DNA of 36,650 bases from Nitrospirota bacterium (GTDB lineage: Bacteria; JACPQY01). Below the pieces are notes generated by a model. The model had not been told where the DNA came from, ran no database searches, and saw only the letters and a program-made list of their open reading frames with translations. Position 1 is the first letter of the stretch. The number at the start of each line of letters is the position of its first letter. This document shows, piece by piece, positions 27,661 through 35,529 of the stretch. The translations under genes were made by a program, and so were the position numbers. Location of the stretch: assembly GCA_016180645.1 (NCBI GenBank), contig JACPAV010000041.1, positions 1 to 36,650 of the forward strand, read 5' to 3'.

Positions 27661-27894
27661 ATGCGCGCAGTTGACGTGACGCGTCTCTCCTCCAAAGGCC
27701 AAGTGGTCGTTCCCAAACGCCTCCGGAAGGCGTTGAACCTCAAACCGGGCGACAACCTGGTGATTGCCGCCGAGAATGACCGAATGATCCTTCGGAAACT
27801 GACCTTTGACGATGTCCTCAAGGATTCCCGCGAGGACTATCGGCGGGGGAGGACTTCTTCGCACGAGGAGACCTTCGCGCGCCTGCGCCGCTGA
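27661..27894 (+). CDS. AbrB/MazE/SpoVT-family DNA-binding protein (putative antitoxin)
   Basis: LSSKGQVVVPK.LRKAL.LKPGD; TTGACA at 27626-27631 upstream. Confidence 0.9.
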   Translation: MRAVDVTRLSSKGQVVVPKRLRKALNLKPGDNLVIAAENDRMILRKLTFDDVLKDSREDYRRGRTSSHEETFARLRR

Positions 27895-27897
27895 AGC

Positions 27898-28188
27898 GTG
27901 GCTTGGACGCTGCGGTACGGGCGATATGCACGGGCCGCTATCGACGATCTGCCGGTCAACATCGCCCAACGTGTTGAGAAGACGGCGCTCCTGCTTGGAG
28001 AAAATCCTCATCGAGGCAAACTCCTCAAGGGCTATGAACGAGAGAGGATCCGTTCCCTTCCGGTAACCACGACCGGCGGCGAGTACAGAATCATCTACGA
28101 GTTGATCCCGCAGGAGGAGGCCGTTTTCGTTCTGCTGTGCGAGACCCGCGAGGAGGTGTACAAGCTGCTCAGGCGGACATTCCGGTAA
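27898..28188 (+). CDS. RelE/ParE-family type II toxin
   Basis: 96 aa; L.ENP..GK.LKG, GEYRIIY and REEVYK; 3 nt after the antitoxin gene. Confidence 0.85.
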   Translation: MAWTLRYGRYARAAIDDLPVNIAQRVEKTALLLGENPHRGKLLKGYERERIRSLPVTTTGGEYRIIYELIPQEEAVFVLLCETREEVYKLLRRTFR

Positions 28189-28242
28189 CCTTGGTACACC
28201 GGATCATCAATTCTAACCGGGTATTCGAGATTGCCACTAGTG

Positions 28243-28309
28243 TGCTCGCGGGGTCAATGCTGAAAGTTGACAAACCGCACCCCTCAAAAGTCACAACCCA
28301 ACATTGACC
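28243..28309. repeat. Copy of the GGGGTCAATGCTGAA repeat with a degenerate inverted partner
   Basis: tgctcgcggggtcaatgctgaaagttgacaa ... gtcacaacccaacattgacc. Confidence 0.8.
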
Positions 28310-28343
28310 ATAGGGAGACTTCGTGCCTTTCGGGAAGGGAGCG

Positions 28344-29849
28344 CTAGGACAGCTGCCGGCCGGCCAGGTGGGCCGATAGTCGGCTGGCGAAGGCCATGAT
28401 GGTGATCTGGGGATTCACGCTCAGCGAGGTGGGGAAAATGCTCCCGTCGGACACGTAGAGATTCTCGTATCCATGCGCCTTCAGATTCGGGTCGACGACC
28501 GACCGCCTGGGGTCCGCTCCCATCTGGCATGTTCCCATGGGGTGAAAAGCGATCATGCCCAGCAATCTCCGCTTGATCGGCATGGACTCGATCGCTTTCA
28601 GATCATCCATCGAGCGGAGTTTGCCGAGTCCCATATAGGAGGTTTCGACCCATCTGGCTCCCGCGGCGAGCATCAATTCCGTCCCCTTCAGAAGCCCAAG
28701 CCGGGCGGTCTCGGCGTCGGCCTTGTTCACCTGGTACCAGATGAACGGGCGTGATCCCCAACTGATCACGCGGCCCCTCGTGGTGTCCGATATCATGATG
28801 CCGTTGAGCCCAAGGTGGGCGTAATCGGCCATATGGGCCATGTGTTCGAGTCCCCAGCCCGGCACGCCCGCGGCCACGAGCTCCGGCGGACCACCGGTCG
28901 CCTCCATCATGATCCCTTGCCGGATGAATTCATCGACGTAGTAGCTCTGAAGCACCCCTTTCCAAGGTTCGATCCGGTCATCAAACTTTCCGAGGACTTT
29001 CAGACCCGGATGGATGGTGAGGTTCTTCCCAACCTGTCCCGAAGGATCGGGCAGGCCGCTCTTCTTCCAGAGAAAGGGGCTGTAGATCGTTCCACCCGAA
29101 AGAATCAGGTGGCGGGGGCGGAGGGTGAACCGAATCCGGCGACCGTCGTCACGCGGTCGGGCCGACTCACCCTCAATCATCGAGATGCGTCCGTTCATGT
29201 GCGAAATCTTTCTCGCTCGCGCATGAAAAAAGAGCGTCGCTCCGGCTTCGACGGCCTTTGGGATGTAGGTGAGATTCGTTCCGAGCTTCGCATTCTGGGT
29301 ACAGCCGAAGCCGCACTCACCGCATCCCTTGCACCCGTCGATGTTCCGGCGGATCGGTCCGTGGCTCCATCCGAGCGACTCGGCGCCCTTGCGCACGATC
29401 CGCCCGTTCCCGCCGAGGATCTCCTCCCACACAGGTTTCACCTTCAATTCCCGCTCGACCCTTTCGTAATAGGAGTTCAAACTCTCCGGCGTGAGGCCGA
29501 GTCCCGAATTCTGATTCCACTCCTCGATGACGTAGCTTGGCGTTCGAAAACACGTCCCGCTGTTGATCGTGGTGGTGCCGCCGACCGTGCAACCGAGGGG
29601 GAGGACGACCGGAGGGAGCCCGAGTGTGCCGGTGATACCGCGATTCCGGTAGAGCTTCATGGCTCGCTCCATCGGCGGGCCGTGGAAGTCTTTCGAAGTG
29701 AAATGGCCGCCTTCCTCGACGACCACGACTTCACGCCCGGTCTCGGCGAGTTCTTTCGCCACCACGGCGCCTCCGGCCCCGCTGCCGATCACGCAGACGT
29801 CCACCTCCCGGTCGAGGTCTTCGGACAAAGTCGAGAGGTCAATCAACAT
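28344..29849 (-). CDS. GMC-family FAD-dependent oxidoreductase
   Basis: VIGSGAGG, VGGTTTINSG, C..CG.C.FGC, FHPMGTC and DGSIFPTSLSVNPQITIMA. Start set at ATG 29849. Confidence 0.9.
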   Translation of the reverse strand: MLIDLSTLSEDLDREVDVCVIGSGAGGAVVAKELAETGREVVVVEEGGHFTSKDFHGPPMERAMKLYRNRGITGTLGLPPVVLPLGCTVGGTTTINSGTCFRTPSYVIEEWNQNSGLGLTPESLNSYYERVERELKVKPVWEEILGGNGRIVRKGAESLGWSHGPIRRNIDGCKGCGECGFGCTQNAKLGTNLTYIPKAVEAGATLFFHARARKISHMNGRISMIEGESARPRDDGRRIRFTLRPRHLILSGGTIYSPFLWKKSGLPDPSGQVGKNLTIHPGLKVLGKFDDRIEPWKGVLQSYYVDEFIRQGIMMEATGGPPELVAAGVPGWGLEHMAHMADYAHLGLNGIMISDTTRGRVISWGSRPFIWYQVNKADAETARLGLLKGTELMLAAGARWVETSYMGLGKLRSMDDLKAIESMPIKRRLLGMIAFHPMGTCQMGADPRRSVVDPNLKAHGYENLYVSDGSIFPTSLSVNPQITIMAFASRLSAHLAGRQLS

Positions 29850-30234
29850 CGGTGTGACAGGAGGGCAGGGCGCCCATGGCCCGACGGACTTCTTCTTGAG
29901 CATAGAACACCGGCGCCAGGATCCCTCGGAGGCCGAGGAAGACCGACTGCACGATGTTCGATCGGGACTCGGAAAGATCGGCCAAATAGGCCACAGCTTC
30001 CTCGTCGGTCATCCGGCTGAATCGCCTACGGCGCGAAAAGACAGGCAGGACATCGAGGAGGAACAGGAGCGCCCGAAGGCCGGCCACCGCCTGCCCGCCG
30101 GCCAGCGAAAAGAATCGCTCGACTTTGGCGTCGAGGCCTACATCCGCGGCGCTGACGGGAATCGCGCCTCCGGAGGGGGCGAAGGAAAGACAGAGTTTTC
30201 GAAGGACGCTTTTTTCTCGGGTTCGAAGGTGCAT
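29839..30234 (-). CDS. Gluconate-2-dehydrogenase subunit-3-like small partner protein
   Basis: Small helical protein overlapping the GMC start; RRFSRM..EE...YL and FYA..EV..AMG. Confidence 0.65.
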   Translation of the reverse strand: MHLRTREKSVLRKLCLSFAPSGGAIPVSAADVGLDAKVERFFSLAGGQAVAGLRALLFLLDVLPVFSRRRRFSRMTDEEAVAYLADLSESRSNIVQSVFLGLRGILAPVFYAQEEVRRAMGALPSCHTDVD

Positions 30235-30274
30235 GGGGTCTGTATGGAGGCGGCCGATGGTGGATCGAGGGGCG

Positions 30275-30829
30275 TCAATCCGTTCCAGTCTCGCCCGGCG
30301 AATCCGTCTGGTAGCGGTAATATTCGCCGAGGAAGCTGAGGGCCTTGAGGTCCTTCATGCGTTCGACAAAGAGCGTGCCGATGAGGTGATCGCATTCGTG
30401 CTGAATGGCGCGCGCGAAAAACCCTTCGGCCTCGAAATCCTGCCGTTTCCCTTCGCGGTCGAAACTCTTGACGGATACTCTCATGTAGCGGGGGACGCGG
30501 CCGCGAAGGTCCGGAATACTCAGGCAGCCCTCCCAATCCTCCTCCATTTCCTCCGTCTCGGCGGAGACCGTCGGGTTGACGAGGACGCAAAGGGGAATGG
30601 CCCGGGCTTCAGGATACCGCTCATTGCCGTTCACTTCGATGACGACAATCTGCCTCGACACGTGAACCTGCGGCGCCGCCAGTCCCGCTCCGCCGTATTC
30701 GTGCATGGTCTCGATCATGTCGTCGATGAGCGACTGTGTTTCCGGGCCGCGAATGGCTTCCAGCGGAACGGGCTCCGCAACTTTTCGGAGGACCGGATGC
30801 CCCATGCGCGCGACCTTCAGAATCGACAT
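30275..30829 (-). CDS. def: Peptide deformylase
   Basis: GAGLAAPQ, EGCLS and QHECDHLIG. Confidence 0.97.
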   Translation of the reverse strand: MSILKVARMGHPVLRKVAEPVPLEAIRGPETQSLIDDMIETMHEYGGAGLAAPQVHVSRQIVVIEVNGNERYPEARAIPLCVLVNPTVSAETEEMEEDWEGCLSIPDLRGRVPRYMRVSVKSFDREGKRQDFEAEGFFARAIQHECDHLIGTLFVERMKDLKALSFLGEYYRYQTDSPGETGTD

Positions 30830-30888
30830 GCTTTCATCTTATCATTCCGAGTCGGTATTGCGAGTGGAGGTGGGCCGGCCGGTGTTTC

Positions 30889-30917
30889 TTGATTCGATGG
30901 GGGAGGGCAGGTATCAT
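30889..30917 (+). promoter_or_regulatory. Sigma-70-type promoter for hom
   Basis: TTGATT, 17-bp spacer, TATCAT, ending 8 nt before the ATG. Confidence 0.55.
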
Positions 30918-30925
30918 CCGGCCCA

Positions 30926-32203
30926 ATGGTTCGAACGGCGAAACGTACCCTTGGAATGCTCGGCTGCGGAACCGTCGGCGCGGAGGTCATCCATTCGCTT
31001 CTTCACCGAAGCTCGGCGCCCGTGTCCATCAAGAGGGTGGCCGTGAGAGACATTTCCAAACGGAGGCCGATCGGACCGGTTGCGAAGCGGTTGACCACGG
31101 ACTGGCGTGAAGTGGTGGACGATCCGGAGATTGAAGTGGTCCTGGAACTTATGGGAGGGGAGACGCCCGCGCTGGCCGCGATTAAGCGCGCGCTGGAGAA
31201 CGGCAAGTCCGTGATTACCGCCAACAAACTCGTGCTCTCCCGGCATGGGCATGACTTGCACGAAATCGCCGCCGGGCGCGGCGCTTTTCTGGGTTTTCGT
31301 GCCACGTTGGCGGGAATCCACCCGATCATTTTCTATCTGCACTCTTCCATTCCCTCCGGGAAAACGATCCGAAGCGTACACGCGGTTCTGAACGGAACGT
31401 GCAACTTCGTTCTGGATACCATGGAATCCCGGGGGGTCACGTTTGATGAAGCGGTCCGGCGGGCGCAGAACGCGGGTTTTGCCGAAGCCGACCCCAGCTT
31501 GGACGTGGACGGGATCGACACCATGAACAAGATTACGATCATCAATCGATTGATCTATGGCGCATTTCGGGGAGACGCGGCCACCATCGAGAGAAACGGC
31601 CTTCGCGAGGGCATTCGGGAGATCACGCCGCAGGACCTGGCCTTTGCCTCGGAGCTCGGCTATTGCGTGAAACTGTTGGGCATCATCGAGAACGTGAATG
31701 GTTTCCGGTCGGTCCGAGCCCATCCCGCTTTGGTGAGGAAGGACCACCCTCTTGCGGTCTTGAGAGGTGCGGAAAACGGCATCGTCATTGTCGATGAATA
31801 CGCGGAAGAATCGTGCTGGACGGGGCTGGGAGCCGGAGCGAAACCGACGCGTATCGCGGTCCTCCAGGATCTTTATGAGTGGGGGCAGGGTCGAAGGAGT
31901 ATTTCTCCCCTGCCGTCGAAAACCTTCAAGTTTCTCCCCTCGGATCAACTCGTATGCAAGTATTTCCTGCGGTTTACGGTGATCGACCGGCCCGGCGTAC
32001 TCGCCCAGATCTCACGCGTCCTTTGGAAGAATCACATTAGTATCTCCGCCGTGGTGCAGAAAGAACGGAGGGAGGGTGATCGGGTGCCCCTGATCATCAC
32101 GACGCATGATGCCCGGGAGCGGAACGTTCGCCGTGCGTTTGGCACGATCTTGAAGTTGGCCGTGGTGAAATCCCCCAGCACCTTCATCCGTATTGTGGTC
32201 TGA
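30926..32203 (+). CDS. hom: Homoserine dehydrogenase with C-terminal ACT domain
   Basis: GCGTVG, VITANK, LNGTCNF, GFAEADPSLDVDG.D...K, GAG..PT and DRPGVLAQI. Confidence 0.92.
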   Translation: MVRTAKRTLGMLGCGTVGAEVIHSLLHRSSAPVSIKRVAVRDISKRRPIGPVAKRLTTDWREVVDDPEIEVVLELMGGETPALAAIKRALENGKSVITANKLVLSRHGHDLHEIAAGRGAFLGFRATLAGIHPIIFYLHSSIPSGKTIRSVHAVLNGTCNFVLDTMESRGVTFDEAVRRAQNAGFAEADPSLDVDGIDTMNKITIINRLIYGAFRGDAATIERNGLREGIREITPQDLAFASELGYCVKLLGIIENVNGFRSVRAHPALVRKDHPLAVLRGAENGIVIVDEYAEESCWTGLGAGAKPTRIAVLQDLYEWGQGRRSISPLPSKTFKFLPSDQLVCKYFLRFTVIDRPGVLAQISRVLWKNHISISAVVQKERREGDRVPLIITTHDARERNVRRAFGTILKLAVVKSPSTFIRIVV

Positions 32204-32236
32204 TGGGCCAGGACGGCTCTGGTCCGGACCATTCCC

Positions 32237-32292
32237 GGTAGCCGCAGGCTTTAGCCTGCGCGCCGGACGCGGGCTAAAAGCCCGCGCCTACC
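32237..32292. repeat. GTAG-type REP doublet (REPIN-like)
   Basis: GGTAGCCGCAGGCTTTAGCCTGCG...CGCGGGCTAAAAGCCCGCGCCTACC; related to 9347-9403. Confidence 0.75.
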
Positions 32293-32301
32293 AAGAATTC
32301 A

Positions 32302-32330
32302 TTGCCAAGCCCGTGACGCTCTGTTAAGGT
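32302..32330 (+). promoter_or_regulatory. Sigma-70-type promoter
   Basis: TTGCCA, 17-bp spacer, TAAGGT, with an extended -10 TG. Confidence 0.55.
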
Positions 32331-32362
32331 TCGGCGAGTTCATGCGAAAGGAAGGCCGCTCT

Positions 32363-33916
32363 ATGCGACTCATGGCTTCATCGTTGGTTGCCCTGCTCAT
32401 CTTTTCGACCTCGGCCTTGGCCGAGGAACCTGAACCCGTCCCGCCGGAATCGACGCCCCCTGAAGTCGCCTCTCCAACTCCTCCGCCTGCTCCCGATGAG
32501 CCACGAGTCACGAGCCACGAGGAACGCATGCAGATCGATCTCCACGGGAACTACTGGGTGCGCGGACAATCCATGGCGGACGCGAATGCGGACAAGAACG
32601 AAGCACCAGGCGCCGCCTCGCTGTTTGAACACCGGCTCTTGCTGAAATCGCGCCTGAGCTTGGAAGAGAATGTGTCCCTCAACCTGGAAGCCTTCTTCTT
32701 CCAGTTCAGACCGTGGGGGCTCGAAGGGGGCGACGTGACCACCCAATCGAGCGAAGGGCGTCACCTCTTTGGAACGGAGAGCAAGACAAGCACTGATTTC
32801 GGACCGCGGCGGGGGTGGGGCGAAGTGCTGTTTCCGAATGTCGGTCTTTTCCGCGTTGGGCGCCAGCCTTCCGATTGGGGCATGGGCATCGTGGCGAACG
32901 ACGGGGACAAGCCGCGAAACGATTTCGGCGACAACCGGTTCGGCGACACGGGCGATCGGATCCTGTTTGCCACCAAGCCGCTTGGCGCCGAGGGACCGCT
33001 TCTCACCGCCCTCGGTTTCGGTCAAACCGTTGAGGGTGACGTGCTCACGGGGAGCGACGATGTACTCGAAGGGGTCCTTGCCGTGTACTTTGATCTGAAG
33101 CCGCAAAACCTGAAGGCCGGAACCTATGCGGTGTACCGAAATCAGGCCCGGACCGATACGAATCTCTTCATCGCGGATTTCTATGGACACGCCGAGCAGT
33201 CCGTTTGGTTTGGAGAGTTCGAGGCGGCGATCCTTGCGGGCCAGTCGAAGCTGTTCAACAATCCGGACGATACGGAGGCCAAGACAGTTTCGCAGTTTGG
33301 CGGCGCCTTGCGCGCAGGTGGGCTGGAAAAGCCGGTCGTGCCGATCATGGAGGTCGGCTTGGCGAGCGGCGACGGGAACCTGAATCTCGACCGGAAGATT
33401 TCCAATTTCCGATTCAGTCCGGACTACAACGTGGGCCTGATCCTTTTCGAAGAACTTCTCCCGGCGATCACGGAAGACATCTTCAAAAGAGGAATTGAGA
33501 AAAATGTCGAGCGGCCCCCGTCAGCGGCGAATTTCTTTCCGACGGAGGGGCGGGTGACGAACGCCCTCTACCTGTATCCGCGCGTGAAGTACTATCCGGT
33601 TGACTCGCTGGAGACAAAATTCGGTCTGGTGTGGGCGCGGGCGATGAAGGATGTGCTGAATCCGGCCAACCTGCTTACTCAGCCCACCGGGGGCGGCAAC
33701 ACCGGTCTCCGAGGGGCGGACCCTTCGGCGCGGAATTACGGCGCCGAGATCGACGCCGGGGCCGAGTACACCTATTCAGAGCACTATCGATTCGGTGTTC
33801 AGGGTGGACTCGCCTTTCCGGGAGATGTTTTCGACGTGGGAGACGGCCTTGGGAAAAAAGTCCGCGGTCCCGACCCCATCGCCAAGGGCGTCCTCCGCTT
33901 CACCTGGGAATTCTGA
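32363..33916 (+). CDS. Outer-membrane beta-barrel protein (porin/alginate-export-like)
   Basis: Signal peptide ending ALA-E, Pro-rich linker, GRQPSDWGMGI.ANDG, ASGDG, F.PDYNVGLILF and terminal Phe (LRFTWEF). RBS before ATG 32363. Confidence 0.75.
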   Translation: MRLMASSLVALLIFSTSALAEEPEPVPPESTPPEVASPTPPPAPDEPRVTSHEERMQIDLHGNYWVRGQSMADANADKNEAPGAASLFEHRLLLKSRLSLEENVSLNLEAFFFQFRPWGLEGGDVTTQSSEGRHLFGTESKTSTDFGPRRGWGEVLFPNVGLFRVGRQPSDWGMGIVANDGDKPRNDFGDNRFGDTGDRILFATKPLGAEGPLLTALGFGQTVEGDVLTGSDDVLEGVLAVYFDLKPQNLKAGTYAVYRNQARTDTNLFIADFYGHAEQSVWFGEFEAAILAGQSKLFNNPDDTEAKTVSQFGGALRAGGLEKPVVPIMEVGLASGDGNLNLDRKISNFRFSPDYNVGLILFEELLPAITEDIFKRGIEKNVERPPSAANFFPTEGRVTNALYLYPRVKYYPVDSLETKFGLVWARAMKDVLNPANLLTQPTGGGNTGLRGADPSARNYGAEIDAGAEYTYSEHYRFGVQGGLAFPGDVFDVGDGLGKKVRGPDPIAKGVLRFTWEF

Positions 33917-34250
33917 ACTTTCCGGGCGCGTCGCCCGGTTCACCATAACCCGGTGAGGCGTGAGGCGACCTCCGCTTCCCGACTGAACTCGACGGATGGC
34001 GCTTGGAATCGCATGGACACCCCGTCTGGAATACGCTAGAAATACGCTGGGGGAGGAAGGGTACGGAGAAACGCAGTCCCTTAGAAGGTAGTTCGTTTCT
34101 TTCGAGAAACAGGGCGGACCGCTTGATCGGTTCCGCGAAGCTCCATTCCCACTTGGTGAACCCCGCCGGCGAGTGGCACCTTCAATCAACCCTGGACATA
34201 CGAAGGAATCGCGCTTGACATCGAATCCAAGAACACGGAAAATACACTCT

Positions 34251-34372
34251 GCGACTGAGTGGGTCCCCTTTCTTGGGACCCGGGTGAGAACCATCAGTCG
34301 CCTTTTTTTTGGTCTCCGCTCCCACTTACGCGAGGTGGGAATTCCCGTTTTGTGTTGGGGAATTCCAGCGGA
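34251..34372. ncRNA. Putative structured RNA(s): two tandem three-way junctions upstream of the DUF3800 gene
   Basis: Stems 34251-58/34294-301, 34261-67/34275-81 and GGT-GAGA-ACC, then T8. Second unit: 34315-20/34367-72, 34321-27/34333-39 and 34340-46/34358-64. TTGACA at 34215-34220. Confidence 0.5.
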
Positions 34373-34421
34373 TCAGTTCTCGGCCACCGTCCCGTTGGAG
34401 TCCTGACGAAAGGAGATCAGC

Positions 34422-35180
34422 CTGTATATCCTCTATCTTGATGAATCCGGAAACCCGGATGCCCCCGCTGACCGGACCTTCGTGCTTGCGGGCGTGGCCG
34501 TATTCGAGAGGCAGGTCTACTCGGTTGGCCAGGCACTGGATAGAATTCAGGACCACTACTTCCCCAACTCCCCTCCTATCGAGTTCCACGCAACGAGCAT
34601 CCGCTCCGGCGACGGATTCTGGCGTGGCGTGGACAAGGAGACCCGCGGTCGAATCATGAGGGAGATCGGAGTGAATCTCCGGGAAGCCCACCAGACGGGT
34701 CTGGTCCTTTTCGGGGCCGTTGTGGAGAAAACGTCGCGCATTCACGGCGAGGAGGCTGTTCTGCTCGCGACCGAACAGATATGCAAGAGGTTTGACACCT
34801 TCCTCAAGAGGCGTGAGAATGATAACCACGATCCACAGAGAGGCTTGGTGGTTTTCGCGGAGGGTCGATTTCACCAGCGAGCCAGGCTTTGGGTGCGCGA
34901 CTTCAAGAAGCTTGGGACACAGTGGGGTGTACTGACGAAACTTTGCGATATTCCATATTTTGCCTCGACGCGGGAAACACGCCTGCTGCAAGTCGCCGAC
35001 TACGTCGCCCATGCGACCTACCTCAATTACGAGAAACGCTACGCCGAATATTTCGATGTGATCTCCAGTCGATTTGACTCGAAAGATGGCGTTGTCCACG
35101 GCTTGGTCCACTACCTGCGGGATCCGGGGGCGGCTCGTGACTGTTCAGGCCCGGCCTGCCGCAGGAGCATGACCCGATAG
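34422..35180 (+). CDS. DUF3800 domain-containing protein (probable CTG start)
   Basis: YILYLDESG, FVLAGV, EFHA..I and S..TRLLQVADYVA. In-frame stop at 34404-34406; AGGAG RBS 6 nt before CTG 34422. Confidence 0.85.
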   Translation: MYILYLDESGNPDAPADRTFVLAGVAVFERQVYSVGQALDRIQDHYFPNSPPIEFHATSIRSGDGFWRGVDKETRGRIMREIGVNLREAHQTGLVLFGAVVEKTSRIHGEEAVLLATEQICKRFDTFLKRRENDNHDPQRGLVVFAEGRFHQRARLWVRDFKKLGTQWGVLTKLCDIPYFASTRETRLLQVADYVAHATYLNYEKRYAEYFDVISSRFDSKDGVVHGLVHYLRDPGAARDCSGPACRRSMTR

Positions 35181-35217
35181 TGATGCGCCATGGGCGCGGC
35201 ATCCCGTCGGGGGACTG

Positions 35218-35325
35218 ATGGCTGAACGCACGACATCTTTTGCGCTTTCTCCGAATGCGTCGGGGGACCGGCATGATCTTGCGGATCACATCCGGCCCGT
35301 TGCACGGAAGGGAGACTGGAAATGA
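35218..35325 (+). pseudogene. 35-aa remnant resembling the N-terminus of a Cas3 HD nuclease (type I-C-like)
   Basis: MAERTTSFALSPNASGDRHDLADHIRPVARKGDWK*, similar to the (Y/F)AHS.N..G..H.L.DHL..VA start of Cas3; GGGGGA upstream. Not in the ORF track. Confidence 0.5.
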
Positions 35326-35519
35326 ATAGAATCTACCAAGGGCGCGTCACGAAAGTTGAAGTCTCCAAGGGCAAGGGTGCCGAAGGAAAGGAGCAGTGGG
35401 AGCCGTTGCCGGATTGGCCCGCCGCCCTCTGGCGGCACCACGAACTCTTCCAAGACGCGGTGAATTACTACACGCTTGCGCTCGCGGCATCTCCCGAAAC
35501 ATTTGCGGAATCAAAATAG
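35322..35519 (+). pseudogene. cas12b: 65-aa N-terminal remnant of Cas12b (C2c1)
   Basis: MNRIYQGRV..VE and LWRHHELFQDAVNYY..ALAA match the N-terminus of Opitutaceae-type Cas12b as recalled (LNRIYQGRV...LWQHHELFQAAINYY). Confidence 0.75.
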
Positions 35520-35529
35520 AGGAACACTG

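Noticed and set aside
26034-28309. Integron attC cassette array
   Set aside because: No RYYYAAC/GTTRRRY box pairs recognised, genes lie in both orientations, and there is no integrase. Kept only as a generic repeat family.
33962-33973. GAGGCGACCTCC identical to 26085-26096 in the IS110 leader
   Set aside because: A 12-bp GC-rich match is expected by chance in 36 kb, and it does not extend.
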